A stretch of DNA of 64,000 bases from Octopus vulgaris (lineage: Eukaryota), in contig OX597816.1 in NCBI GenBank assembly GCA_951406725.2, forward strand, positions 173,352,001 through 173,416,000, written 5' to 3'. Numbering within the stretch: the first letter of the stretch is position 1; every line of letters begins with the position of its first letter. Made by a program: the position numbers and the translations under genes. Below, piece by piece: positions 13,102 through 27,187 of the stretch. Below the pieces are notes generated by a model. It saw only the letters and a program-made list of their open reading frames with translations, did not search any database and was not told the DNA's origin.

Positions 13102-13215
13102 TAGCTGACAGCTGTTTTGGCCGTGAAGACAGGTATGTCCCATTTAACCTATTAGCCATATAAAGCAGGTATAAATGAGACATTCACAAGAATATCTCAC
13201 GGCCTCTTCAGAGAA
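13102..13215 (-). ncRNA. Degenerate hammerhead motif with extended stem II
   Basis: CTGAAGA-GGCCGTGA[~70 nt]TCACGGCC-AAAAC-AGCT-GTC. G12>A is consistent with CpG decay; stem I is weak. Confidence 0.55.
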
Positions 13216-13499
13216 TTTAATGCAAGTATGAGTACAAATCCTAAAAAATTTACATATAAATATAAATATGTGTGCATACACACTCATATTCTTACATATA
13301 TATATATACACAATAATACAATATAAGCAATATACATCAATATACATCAACAAACACAATAATGTTCCATATTGAACTCCACAGTTCCATAACCAACAAC
13401 AAAAAACCACAACAGGTACACTCACACTCAAAGCAGGCATATATATTGAACAGTCCAATATGTTAAAATGTGTCATTTCACAATATATATAATTTAATA

Positions 13500-13755
13500 A
13501 TTAAGGATAAAATCTTAATAAGAAAAATTAAAAAAGAAATTATCAGGTAGTTAGTGTGAAAAACCTCATAAAAGAAAAAATCTGTAAATTTTTTCACTTA
13601 AAAATATTTATTTATATTATATAGAGGCATTATTACACATAAATGCCACACGCTAGGAGGGACTTTCAAAGTCATTACTTTATTTTTGGTAGTAATGACT
13701 TTGAAAGTCCCTCTAGATATGTGGCATTTATGTGTAATAATATATAATATAAATA
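13500..13755 (-). mobile_element. Fold-back fragment of the family at 29697-30445
   Basis: Arms 13609-13679 / 13691-13755; homologous to 29700-29875. Confidence 0.7.
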
Positions 13756-14342
13756 TATATATACATAAGTATCATTGCATTGGTTAGGAATCAAACCTAG
13801 GCCGCTGTGAGGCAGGCAAGCATTCTACAACTGTGTGTGTGTGTGTGTAGATGTATAGACAGATAGATAGGTAGACACACTCACACACACACACACAAGC
13901 ACAAAAACACACACACAGAAACATTAAAAAAAATAGGAGAGAGAAATAAACGAAAAGATCAATTCCATTCCATCCCTCTGATAAATTTAAAACACAGAAA
14001 TGAATGAGTATAAACAACAAAGTTAATTTTATATTTCTTAACATTTATAGCGAAATATAGAAAGCTTCATATTTGCAGTCATTTGTGTATACATATATAT
14101 GTACAAATATGCACATACATTTGTACTAATATACATATACATATGTACTTATACATACTTCCACACTTACAAGGCATAGTTCCATATATCCTATATGTAC
14201 GTTCCAACTACATTTATAAATACATATGCATGTGTATATATGTTTTTGTGTCTGTGTTTGTGTTCCTACCATCACTAAACAACCAATGTTTGTTTGGCAA
14301 AGGAGATTGATGGAATATGTACTAGGCTTACAAAGAATAAGT

Positions 14343-14373
<31 letters not shown>

Positions 14374-14536
14374 CAAAATGAGAAAATGGAGAAATATATC
14401 TAAATCAATCATCAACTATCAGATAATACCCAATCAATACTTTATTAAACCATTACACAATAGCAATGATATTATACATTAATATAGTACAAATATAACA
14501 AGACATAGAAATAGAAATAGAAATGCATTTACATTG

Positions 14537-14648
14537 TAGCTGACAGCTGTTTTGGCCGTGAAGACAGGTATGTGTGTATACATGCATCACTGCATACATG
14601 TGTATAAATGAGACATTCACAAGAATATCTCACGGCCTCTTCAGAGAA
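14537..14648 (-). ncRNA. Duplicate of the 13102 hammerhead motif
   Basis: Same core and stems, within a local duplication. Confidence 0.5.
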
Positions 14649-16981
14649 TTTAATGCAAGTATGAGTACAAATCCTAAAAAATTTACATATAAATATAAAT
14701 ATGTGTGCATACACACTCATATTCTTACATATATATATATACACAATAATACAATATAAGCAATATACATCAATATACATCAGCAAACACAATAATGTTC
14801 CATATTGAACTCCACAGTTCCATAACCAACAACAAAAAACCACAACAGGTACACTCACACTCAAAGCAGGCATATATATTGGTCAGGTGTAGAGGAAGCA
14901 TTATTCAGCCACGGCCACAACATTAATAAATAAAAACATTAACAATATTATTAGCAACAACAACAGAAACAGTGTTGACCTCATCAAAAACTAAACAAGC
15001 CAGTGAGAATTTTATGTGACCATTTGACTCGATAAAAATACCAACCAAATCTCCTCAAATCCTCCCTTCTGCTTTGGGAAGACTTTGAAAGTCATTTAAA
15101 TAACCTCATATATACATAACAACAGATGGAATCAAATGCGCTGTATGAGGCAGGCAAGCATTCTACAACTGTGTGTGTGTGTGTGTAGATGTATAGACAG
15201 ATAGATAGGTAGACACACTCACACACACACACAAGCACAAAAACACACACACAGAAACATTAAAAAAAATAGGAGAGAAAAATAAACGAAAGATCAATTC
15301 CATTCCATCTGATAAATTTAACACAGAAATGAATGAGTATAAACAACAAAGTTAATTTTATATTTCTTAACATTTATAGCGAAATATAGAAAGCTTCATA
15401 TTTGCAGTCATTTGTGTATACATATATATGTACAAATATGCACATACATTTGTACTAATATACATATACATATGTACTTATACATACTTCCACACTCACA
15501 AGGCATAGTTCCATATATCCTATATGTACGTTCCAACTACATTTATAAATACATATGCATGTGTATATATATATATATGTATACATCAGTGTATGTGCGT
15601 GTGGTGTATGTATATATATATACATATTATCATGATCATCATCATCATCACTTAACGTCCTTCTTTCCAAGCTGGCATGGGTTGGACGGTTTGACTGAAA
15701 ACTGGTAAGCTGAGGAACTGCACCGGGTTTCAATCAAATTATGTTCTTAACACTAGCTCAATGATAACAATATTATTTTACTAAATTCTTTGTTATATTT
15801 AAAATAATTGGAAGAAACACAGAACATCTCAAAATAAATACAGTAACGAAAGGGTTAATCAACTGCATCCACCCCTAAATATATACAACAAGCTTTGTCC
15901 AGAGCCTGAAAAGCTGAAGACATTGCTCAAGATATCATGCAGATACACTGAACTGAAGACCATGTGGCTGCATTTGTAAACAGACACATTGCTGTCGATT
16001 TGTGTGTATACGTATGTGTGTATACATGCATCACTGCATACATGTGTGTGTGGATGGTTCTCAGTCGTATACTGGGATAGAGTTACAATCCATAGATTTG
16101 TGTATTACATTTAGCCATTTGCTCAACGATGAGGTGATGGGACAATCTTAGGAAAGTCTTAATGTGTCTTGTTGCTGATAGCTGTAAGACCAATCAGAAC
16201 CTCACCACTGCTGCCACCTGAACTGATGACAATAACAACAGCAGCAGCAACAACTACAGTACTAAAGTCTGCTTAAGCAAAACACACTGGAGACATGGGG
16301 TTGGGTCAGGTGTAGAGGAAGCATTATTCAGCCACGGCAGAAAAATAAAAACATTAACAATATTATTAGCAACAACAACAGAAACAGTGTTGACCTCATC
16401 AAAAACTAAACAAGCCAATGAGAATTTTATGTGACCATTTGACTCGATAAAAATACCAACCAAATCTCCTCAAATCCCTCCCTTCTGCTTTGGGAAAGGA
16501 AAGGACACACAGAATAACATAAACCTACACTTCTAAACAGATGGAATGGTCATGGCTGTAGAGGGTATATTTGATTGTATCAACCCCAGTACTTAACTGG
16601 TTATTTATTTTATTGGCCCTGAAAAAATGAAAGACGAAGCAGAGTTTGGAGAGATTTGAATCTATAATGTAAATAAGGTAAACAATATAAGCAACAGCAA
16701 CAACAAAGAAGACCTCTGTCAGACTATTTCAAATGTTAGAAATGACAGCCAAATTTCTCTTAACTCAAACTCTACTATCTGAACAAGGAAGGACATATAA
16801 TTTAGTTCTCAATATTCCTCATAAGATGTGATAGTCATGGATGGAGTGCTTCTGATTATAAGTCTATTGAGTCAGTGCTGACCTGGAGTTATACAATAAC
16901 AACTTGACAACTATTGAACCAATGAAAGATCCACTACATGGTTGCCTGATATAAAAAAGAAAATGGTAACTTTGGTGTTAA

Positions 16982-17202
16982 CCCTTTCATTACCAACCCG
17001 GCCGAAACCAGCTCTGGCTCTTTAGTACAAATGTCTTGTTTACATAAGTTTTGAATTCAAATCTTCCACCAAATCTTAGTCACAAATTATGTTCTTAACA
17101 CTAGCTCAATGATAACAATATTATTTTACTAAATTCTTTGTTATATTTAAAATAATTGGAAGAAACACAGAACATCTCAAAATAAATACAGTAACGAAAG
17201 GG
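16982..17202. mobile_element. piggyBac-type MITE
   Basis: TTAA on both sides, TIR CCCTTTC(A/G)TTAC; second copy at 53206. Confidence 0.85.
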
Positions 17203-17586
17203 TTAATCAACTGCATCCACCCCTAAATATATACAACAAGCTTCTGTCCAAGCCTGAAAAGCTGAAGATGCTTGCTCAAGATATCATGCAGTGGCACTGA
17301 ACTGAAGACCATGTGGCTGCAAAGAAAACTTCTTAACCCCACAGATATGCCTGTGCCTATAGATTCAGGTTGTCATACTGCACTTGATGTGAGTAAGCAT
17401 TGCATATCAGTGTTCAATATGGTTGTCAGTGTAACTAGAGCAATAGATTTGTGTATTACATTTAGCCATTTGCTCAACTTGTATGCTATGGGACAATTCA
17501 TTCACAGCTGACCAGGAGCTACAAACACCACCATTAGCTGTATCACATCTTCCAACCACCACAACCAGCACCATCAACACCATTAC

Positions 17587-17791
17587 GGATCTTTTCCTTT
17601 TGATGGACGGAATTTCTAGTTAACTAAACAATTTGAAACTTCGTATACTGGTAGAATGTGTCAAAAGAAAACATTATTTTCACTTGGCTAGGAAAAAATC
17701 CTAATGTTTTCTTTTGACACATTCTACCAGTATACGAAGTTTCAAATTGTTTAGTTAACTAGAAATTCCGTCCATCAAAAGGAAAAGATCC
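17587..17791. mobile_element. MITE with perfect 90-bp TIRs
   Basis: 17587-17676 is the reverse complement of 17702-17791; 25-nt spacer; AC on both flanks. Confidence 0.85.
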
Positions 17792-18106
17792 ACCATGGAT
17801 TACCACTCCAATCATCACATCTACTTCCAATACTCCCTCTAACACCAACCCTCATCAGATAAATAAAACAGGATGTCTGAGTAGATGATATGTCAGTTTA
17901 CCTATTTATGCATTGTGAGTTCAAATCTACAGTCATTTTATTGTGCTTCTAGATGGAATAGTTTATTTTACAATCCTTCAGTCGATTTAGCTGCCAAGAA
18001 TAGCTACTATATCACCTGGGAATGTAGGAATGGTATCTGTGATTGGCTGGGATCCTATCCAGGGTGAGATATAATCTCATTTGATTAACACCATGTAAAT
18101 GGAACT

Positions 18107-18524
18107 GTAGCAGTACAAGCAGTCAGCACCATATTGGATGGGATCTCGTGGCAGCCATTACCATCTCCGAGACTGGAGTGAGACCTCGCCTGCATCCATT
18201 TGCCATGTGCGAGATCACAACGAGGCTCGTGATGGCAAACTGGATATAATGGCCCAACAAAACAGATTCTATCTCTTCTTCACCGCAAGCACTTGCCGAA
18301 CACACTTTGCTGGCTGGGTCTTCAGGCTCGTCCTGTCTGCACATTGTATCTCCAGAGGTAATGGGCCCGCATCAACAGTGATATAACAAAACGTACACAG
18401 CATGAGATGGTATACTGAGAGCAACACACTTCATCGATTCTGTGTAACTTGTAAATAAACTGGTTGTGAATTGCATTTTTACTTAAGATTTCTTTCCTCG
18501 CCTGTTAGAGCACCTGAAACAACA
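18107..18524 (+). mobile_element. Possible decayed solo LTR
   Basis: Starts TGTAGC, higher GC, TATA-like gatataat and AATAAA near 18454, ends ..ACA. TSD is not clean. Confidence 0.3.
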
Positions 18525-19557
18525 CAACGAACAATTTTTAATGGGAGAAGGCAATATTCATCCGATATCGTGAACCTTGCCTGTTTTCAAAATAGTACTT
18601 GAGGCAAAATCAACATTTCATCAGACTGTATCAGACAAGAAACTTTAGCTCTCGACTTCTCTTTGGTCCTAGCTTTTTATAGATATTATGAGAAGATATA
18701 TATACAGCATTTCTCTAAGTAGCAGACTGAACTATATTATTGTTGAAACAAAATATACTATCGATGAATGTTTGTTAGCCTACCCTGCTAAATGCACATG
18801 CTGCCAGGACAAATTACTTTTGACAGACTTGTGCATCTATTGACAGAGAAATGAGAGAGAGAGAGAGAGGTGGGGAGATGTTCTTCAATTTCATGAACAC
18901 TTGGATAAGCTTCAGCAGTGGTGAATGGATAAAAGTATTGAACCACCACTAACTCTAGGATCAGGTATTCAAGTTCTTGTCAGGCATTTTATTGTTTTTA
19001 GAGGTGACAGTTGAGTCTATATATCCAAATCAAGAATTCTGGAAAAGTACCTTGTAAAAGACTGGTGCCCTGTCCAGAATAAGAGAGCTCTTCATTTTCA
19101 TCTGTAAATCACTAGAGAAACCAGCATTAAGTACCAGCCCTAGAGGCCTCTGTACTTCACAAAGAGGTTTATTTAACATGTACTAATGCTCATTTTTCTA
19201 CTTCACAAGAATTCTCTTTGATGCAGAAGACATATACAAGTATCCATGATTAGAGATCCATGTTCTGTTGAAATAAGGTTCACTAACTAGCTTGTCTCCA
19301 TCCAGCCATCGCTACCAACATCCCACAGAAACATTCTCCAACTCAGCTCAGGATTGATCAAATTTTCAAGACAACTTTGAGTTACTAATCTTCACTGGCA
19401 CAAATTTTTTCATAGTCAAGCAAGATATCGACACAAGAGTCATAGATTGAATATGGCATCAACTGTTGCACACCATTCTTCATACACAGTTTATATTAAA
19501 GGATAGGCCTGGGATAGTCTCTGGTTACTTTTCACAAAATCTATAGGGTCATTTGAA

Positions 19558-19957
19558 CTTTTACTCTTTTACTTGTTTCAGTCATTTGACTGCGGCCATG
19601 CTGGAGCACCGCCTTTAGTCGAGCAAATCAACCCCGGGACTTATTCTTTGTAAGCCCAGTACTTATTCTATCGGTCTCTTTTGCCGAACCGCTAAGTGAC
19701 GGGGACATAAACACACCAGCATCGGTTGTCAAGCAATGCTAGGGGGACAAACACAGACACACAAACACACACATATATATACATATACATATATACGACA
19801 GGCTTCTTTCAGTTTCCGTCTACCAAATCCATTCGCAAGGCATTGGTTGGCCCGGGGCTACAGTAGAAGACACTTGCCCAAGATGCCACGCAGTGGGACT
19901 GAACCCGGAACCATGTGGTTGGTTAGCAAGCTACTTACCACACAGCCACTCCTGTGC
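19558..19957 (-). mobile_element. SINE family A, near full length
   Basis: A box TGGCTGTGTGG, B box GGTTCAGTCC, core and tail. Confidence 0.92.
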
Positions 19958-20111
19958 TACTAATGAAACACTTGTCTGTTACATATGCTTTGTTTAAAAC
20001 TAACCTGTATGTAGAATGTCCACCTGATCTTACAACAGCCTGCTACATCTATGACTTATGTTACAAGTAAATTTTCAGAGTATAGTGATGATCTGAACTG
20101 TATCTCTACAT

Positions 20112-20485
20112 CAGAGGTCTCCAAAGTATGTTACAACACTTTAGCATGTCACCAATAATCTTTAGGTGTGTCAAAGTAAGTCAGCTTTTAGGAATTTTTG
20201 TCTGTGAAATAAAATTGAAATCTGAAACAATGCATACAATTAGTGACACATGATGTGATATTTAATCCCCAATAAAATTAATCTGTCATGAAAAAATTTT
20301 TTTTTAAAAAACACTTCAATGGCACAGGAGTGTCTGTGTGGTAAGTAGCTTGCTAACCAACCACATGGTTCCGGGTTCAGTCCCACTGCGTGACATCTTG
20401 GGCAAGTGTCTTCTGCTATAGCCCCGGGGCGACCAAAGCCTTATGAGTGGATTTGGTAGACGGAAACTGAAAGAAGCCTGTCGTA

Positions 20486-20516
<31 letters not shown>

Positions 20517-20777
20517 TTATGTGTGTGTATATGTTTGTGTATCTGTGTTTGTCCCCCTAGCATTGCTTGACAACCGATGCTGGTGTGTTTACGTCCCCGT
20601 CACTTAGCGGTTCAGCAAAAAGAGACCGATAGAATAAGTACTGGGCTTACAAAAGAATAAGTCCTTGGGTCGATTTGCTCGACTAAAGGCGGTGCTCCAG
20701 CATGGCCGCAGTCAAATGACTGAAACAAGTAAAAAGAGTAAAAAGAGAGAGTAATGGAAAAAGTTTAGAAAGCTCTG
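20112..20777. mobile_element. hAT-type MITE with nested SINE
   Basis: CAGAGGTCTCCAAA / TTTAGAAAGCTCTG ends; 8-bp TSD ctctacat / ctctgcat. Confidence 0.65.
20321..20752 (+). mobile_element. SINE family A, full length
   Basis: Family match. Confidence 0.92.
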
Positions 20778-21342
20778 CTCTGCATGATGCCCTATTACAC
20801 AACTAGGTGTACAGGACCGGTAAGAGTTAAGTGACTTTGTCATAGCAACAGCTCAGCACCTACATTTCAATTACCTCCCACAAACACAAATACCCACTTT
20901 TATTCACTTCACTGTTTCTATTCACCTACCTTCTGTCATACACCCACACCTGCCTCGTTTACTTCTATCATACCACCATTCTTTCTTTCTTTCTTTCTTC
21001 TCCCCCTCTCTCTCTCTCTTACACACATATACACCAATTGTTTTAATAACCCTACTCGTTTCATTCTTGTGCTACTTCTGTCTTTACTACTATTCACCAT
21101 CTGTCATTGTACCAGTCCAGGGACACTCAATGTAGTTGCTCAATCTGCTTAATGCAGCAACCTTGCCTCTCTCAAACGACACACACACACTGTCTTAAAT
21201 AAAGAACATATTCCATAATAGTTACACAATGTGTGAAAATAAAGGCAGAGTGATCGCGGCTGAAATACCCTCTCTTTTATGATAAAGGAGGGCTGAACTG
21301 AGGCTTAATGCCAACACCACTATTACAGCCACCAGTACTAGC

Positions 21343-21945
21343 AATACCTATTTCTTTATTACCCACAAGGGGCCAAACACAGAGCGGACAAACAAGGACA
21401 GACATAGGTATTAAGTCGATTACATCGACCCCAGTGCGTAACTGGTACTTAATTTATCGAACCCGAAAGGATGAAAGGCAAAGTCGACCTCGGCAGAATT
21501 TGAACTCACAACATAACGGCAGACGAAATACTTATTTCTTTATTACCCACAAGGGGCCAAACACAGAGCGGACAAACAAGGACAGACATAGGTATTAAGT
21601 CGATTACATCGACCCCAGTGAGTAACTGGTACTTAATTTATCGACCCCAAAAGGATGAAAGGCAAAGTCGACCTCGGCAGAATTTGAACTCAGAACGTCG
21701 TGACAGACGAAATACCTATTTCTTTATTACCCACAAGGGGCCAAACACAGAGCGGACAAACAAGGACAGACATAGATATTAAGTCGATTACATCGACCCC
21801 AGTGCGTAACTGGTACTTAATTTATCGACCCCGAATGGATGAAAGGCAAAGTCAACCACGGCGGAATTTGAACTCACAACGTAACGCAGACGAAATACCG
21901 CTAAGCATTTCGCCCGGCGTGCTAACATTTCTGCCAGCTCGCCGC
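21343..21945 (-). mobile_element. SINE family C (Nin-domain-like), head plus three tandem bodies
   Basis: Units of ~184 bp start at 21343, 21527 and 21711; central gcctttcatcctttcggggtcgataaattaagtaccag motif. Confidence 0.9.
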
Positions 21946-23387
21946 AATACCACCACCACCACCACTATAAGCACAATCATCACCCCCAGCAGTGCAACTA
22001 CTGCCAAAACCATGTTCTTATCTTCAAACCTCTCACGGCAAGTTTGAGCATGACATAATTCCATCCTTCTTGTGGTTTTCTTTCTTGATAGAGAATTGTT
22101 GTTGTTGTTGTCTCCAACTCATAATCTCTACTTAACCAACTTTTTCTTTCTTGCAAAATCAAAGTTTCCTGGCAACTAATAGCAACAAAGGATAAACATT
22201 CTCAGTGCATTGCAACATGTCGTTTAGCCCCGAGTCAGTCTTAACTGGACAGACTTATCCCAACCATGACTATTTCATCTTATATTTTCACTGTGTCATT
22301 TTTAATGGTATATCTGAGGGAGATCTGACTGTTGTTTCTAGTATGTCAAACGACTACTTAGAGGCTCCTTTTATCACAGTTTACTGAAATGTGAAAGCAT
22401 TTTGTTCCTCAGTTAAAGAGGTTATCATGTTTAAGTAAACCTCATCTACCAGCACATGATTGCGGACCCAGCACTCCTTATGTCATAACAACAATCACAC
22501 CTGATTGAGTTGACAGGGAATATGAAGCCTTATCTTCCAAACAGACTCAACAGTACATTACCTATTACAGATACTGGCACCGTTGCCATGCTAAAGGCAC
22601 TTAACTTTCTGTGGTCTACTTCACTTACACATCAATAGTTACTATGGAGAAGTACACTTCATTGATGTACTCTAATAACCTAGCTGATTATCCACAGATC
22701 AGCCCAGTTCCAACCTATGATCAAAGATGTTCCAGCTACAATGGTCCTAGTTTACTTTTCTGTGCACGACCATACTATCCAATGTGCCCTTCATATTTTA
22801 TGATCAGTTAGTGTCAACTAGTACATCAGTCCAGTGTCCAGAGAGCCAAAGAGATGGACTGTAACAATCTACTGCAACTTGCTCTGAAAATCAATTGAAT
22901 TTTGAAAGGACCCCACCCCATCCCAGGGCTTAAAAGCAGGTTTATTCCACCCTACCAAATTTTTCTAAGAAGCTTAGAGTATGATTTAAGGCAGATTTGG
23001 TTGATAATTTCAGTAGATCAAGTAGATACTTTGTTTGCGAATCCTAGGTGTAGTGGAAATGTATGAAGGAAGGATAGAGTGGTGAACAAGACATAGTGTA
23101 TGAGATGTAGTGCTAGGGTTTGTTGCATGGGTATAACATAAGAGTTTGACCATGGTGTGAGGTGTGTAATGTAATGCAGTCACATTCACTTCCTCAGCTT
23201 CAATTCTGAAACCTGAGTGATAACACTTTTATATTCTCTCTCTATCTTTGTAAAGAAGGGCAAGTATCCAAGACATTAGATTATTTCGCCCCTCATGACA
23301 TATCAAATCGGGGAACTCTTCTATAGATTTTTTTTTTAATACTGAACATCTCTAGTTTCTTCAGATTCTGAATGTTACCATATAGTC

Positions 23388-23710
23388 ATCATCATCATCA
23401 TTTAACATCTATTTTCTAAGCTGGCATGGATTGGATGGTTTGACCAGAGCTGGTAAAGCCAGAGGCCACACCAGGTTCCATTGTCTGTTCCAGCATGGTT
23501 TCTATGGCTGGATGCCCTTTGTAATACCAACCACTCCACAGAGTGTATTGGGTGCTTTATATGTGGTACCAGCATCAGTGATTTTAATGTGACACCAGCA
23601 TCAGTATCACTTCGGCTGCAGTGGATGGGTCTTCTTGAGTACAGCGAGGTACTAGATATCTTGGTCCTTTGTCTTTCCCTTTGTAAAGCTCAGTGTCTTG
23701 AGATCGGCCT
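23388..23710 (-). mobile_element. Old RTE 3' tail fragment
   Basis: (CAT)n-ttaacatc...ctggatgccc motif. Confidence 0.65.
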
Positions 23711-24400
23711 TAGAATGAGTTTAGAATGGCAGCCAGTGTATGCTATGACAAGTACAATGTCTTCACAAAGAGACAGGAATTATTAGGGATGAAATGTGAC
23801 AGTTAGGGACATAATGTAAACATTCAATATCAGAATCTACATATGTATGAGAATAAACTGACAAATTACTTTACATACATCTTTGTTTATTTGTTAATTA
23901 TTTAAGAATATTTAAAAAACATCTAAAACTTAAATGTTTACAAAACCTTGAAGTATACATGGATGTCATGGCTTAACTCCGGTTTCATAGCATTTGATCT
24001 CTGGGGTTGATCATAAATTTCAACTTGTGTTTAAGAACTTTATAATCCACTGGATTACAGCAATGAATAATTCATTCTCATGTAATATATTTTGGATGTG
24101 TAAGCTTGGTGAATTCTTTTTCTTTCTCATAAGTAATTCCTAGTAGGATTTGATTTAAAGACAGCAAACTAATGAAACAATTGTCAACTATATAATGTTT
24201 CCACTATTTACATTTGATCAAGGTACTTACTTATAGTTAAGTGACCTTTCCGTATAGTATTTAATTACTGAAGTTATACTGATTTCAGTATTCAGCTATT
24301 TTTACTGGGGATACCTGTTCATAGACAGGTGGACTGGATACAGCCATGAGTTATACTTACAGTCATGAGAGTTATGACAAGGAATTCAGAGATCGATGAC

Positions 24401-24556
24401 AAGGCTATATTGTACTACAGAATATGCCGATAGATTTTTAGCCAACTGCTTTCTCTATCCATCAAGATATTGTATATAAAGACAGTGCTTACATCTGTTG
24501 AATACATTCAGTGCTGACTGAAAATCTAGTTATATTCTGTAGTACAGTATAGCCTT
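24401..24556. mobile_element. Small MITE-like inverted repeat element
   Basis: 25-bp IR with one mismatch (24401-24425 / 24532-24556); no clear TSD. Confidence 0.55.
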
Positions 24557-25443
24557 CAAAGAACAAAACACTTTTAGCACACCTCTAATTTATTGATTTC
24601 AAATTTTGGCACAAGGTCAATTTTGTGGGAGGGAGAGGGTGATTAGATCAACCCTAGAGATCAACTGGTACTTATTTTATCGATCCCTAAAGGATGAAAG
24701 GTAATGTCAACCTCGGTTGAATTTGAACTCAGAGCATAAAGGCATACAAAATGCTGCTAAGCATTTTGCACAGCATGCTAATGATTCTGCTAGCTTACCA
24801 TCTTACACCACTACTTTATTAATTGAAGTAAATGAGAAGAATGGTGTTCTATTTAAAAATTAGTCTATCCTATTTATTAAATCCCTTAATAACTGTGGAT
24901 TTATAAGCAGAGTCTTTACGGTCAGTTAAGGAGGATACTTGATCACTGATGGAATTTGGTACTTGGGTGATCTCTGTTTTCCCATCCACAAAGATATAAA
25001 GAAAAACATCTTTATATCCATCTATATAAACTGTGCTGCTAAAGACAAGCAGGCAGGCTGAGAGACAGACAGATAGGTATCAAAGTGCATGCTATAGCAA
25101 TTCAGTTAGAACTCCATATGCTTTATTATAGTTTGAAACATGCTTATGCATGCATACACACACATGTACAGGCATGGATAGGCACTTCAAGCAAGTGTCT
25201 TCTACAAAAGCACAGGGTCAACTAAACCCAAGGGTATAGATTTAGTACACTGAAACTGAAAGAAGCCCACCAGGCCAGTCACATTTGTCTATCCTCTCCC
25301 CTTCATCAGTTAAGAATTTCCATTTTACCTTTGGCCCAGCCTACTATGTTCATCTGACAGTTGAAAGACCCTTTCTGTTATCTATTTATGTTGTAACTGT
25401 ACAATCATTTTCCTTACATTGTATAGCCAAAAGGCCTTTGTCC

Positions 25444-25842
25444 TTTTTCTCTTTTACTCGTTTCAATCATTTGACTGCGGCCATGCTGGAGCACCGCCTT
25501 TAATTGAGCAACTTGACCCCGGGACTTATTCTTTGTAAGCCCAGTACTTGTTCTATCGGTCTCTTTTTGCCGAACTGCTAAGTGATGGGGACAGAAACAC
25601 ACCAGCATCAGTTGTCAAGCAATGCTAGGGGGACAAACACACAAACACACACACATACATATATATATATACATATATACGACGGGATTCTTTCAGTTTC
25701 CGTCTACCAAATCCACTCACAAGGCTTTGGTCAGCCCAAGGCTATAGTAGAAGACACTTGCCCAAGGTGCCACGCAGTGGGACTGAACCCAGAACCATGT
25801 GGTTGGTAAACAAGCTACTTACCACACAGCCACTCCTGCGCC
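25444..25842 (-). mobile_element. SINE family A, full length
   Basis: Family match. Confidence 0.92.
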
Positions 25843-26329
25843 ATTGTATAAGTACAATTTATTTTCTGTTGCATTTGCTTTATCATTTCATCACGTTACA
25901 TTCATGTAAGACTCCTCTCTGTTATTTATTTATTTGTATTTGTAAAGGTTCAATTATTTCCCTTCTGTTGTATAACCAAAGGTATTCATCAGTTGTACAT
26001 GTTTAATTCTAGCTTTCTTGTTTTTGTTTTCATTCTTGTATACATTCGTTTGATTTTCCCAGAAGCTTAATGCCTTTAGCTTAAGTTTCGGGTACTCGCT
26101 GGATTTGAGTGATCTCTGTGGTACAAAAGTGTGAAACTGCTAGAACTTTCCGGACACTGACTGACAAGGAAATCAGCTGCAAATTGTCCAAGTATCTTGT
26201 TTTTGTCCTGTTCATTGTTTGTTGTTACCGTCTATTTTTCTGCATGTTGTGTTTTGTTGGATTTCCACAGGTATCACAACTACAATTTCAATTTGATTTT
26301 TATTTGATGTTGATGGTGATGTACTTGAC

Positions 26330-26790
26330 TGTGATCCAAGGTACTTTGGATGGGCTGGGGCTGCTATGTGAAGCTGGTGCAGGAAACAGCTATGAACTCA
26401 CATTATTTGCTGGTGCAGGAAACAGCCAGGAACTCACGTTATTTGTCAGATCTTCGCAGTCACAGCATATCTCCAGAGATCTCGGTCTTGCGTCATTGCC
26501 TCTGTGAGGCCCAACGTTTGAAGGTCATGCTCATCCCATGTCTTCCTGGGTCTACATCTACCCCGGATTCCTTCAACTGTTTGGGAGTGGCAATTCTCAA
26601 AAATCTCTCCTCATCCATCCGTAGTACATGACCATTCCAGCACAAACGTCTCTCTTGCACACTGCATCCAATGCTTCTTATGTCCAGCATTTCTCTCAGG
26701 GTGCTTACACTCTGTTGTGTGTGCACACTGATATTACACATCCAGCAGATCATGCTAGCTTCATTTCTTTCAAGCCTACACATGTCCATA
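26330..26790 (-). mobile_element. RTE LINE 3' fragment
   Basis: RLERNEASM..WMCN..VQERRLCW.GHV.RM motif. Confidence 0.8.
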
Positions 26791-27141
26791 TATATATATA
26801 TATATATATAAATATATATGTAATATAACATGTGACAAATAATTGTCACATATTACAGATAAATTCCTCTATTTACATATCGCGGTCTCTTTCATTCTTT
26901 TGTTGTCTTACCATTATTATCAATACATATATATATGTGTATGTATGTGTGTGTATGTATGTGTCTGTGTTTGTCCCCCAAAATCGCTTGACAACTGATG
27001 CTGGTACATTTACGTCCCCACAACTTAGCAGTTCGGCAAAAGAGATCAATAGAATAAGTACTAAGCTTACAATGTGTAAGACCTGTAGTGCTCCAGCATG
27101 GCTGCAGTCAAATGACTGAAACAAAAGAATACAAGAAAAGA

Positions 27142-27184
<43 letters not shown>

Positions 27185-27187
27185 CAC

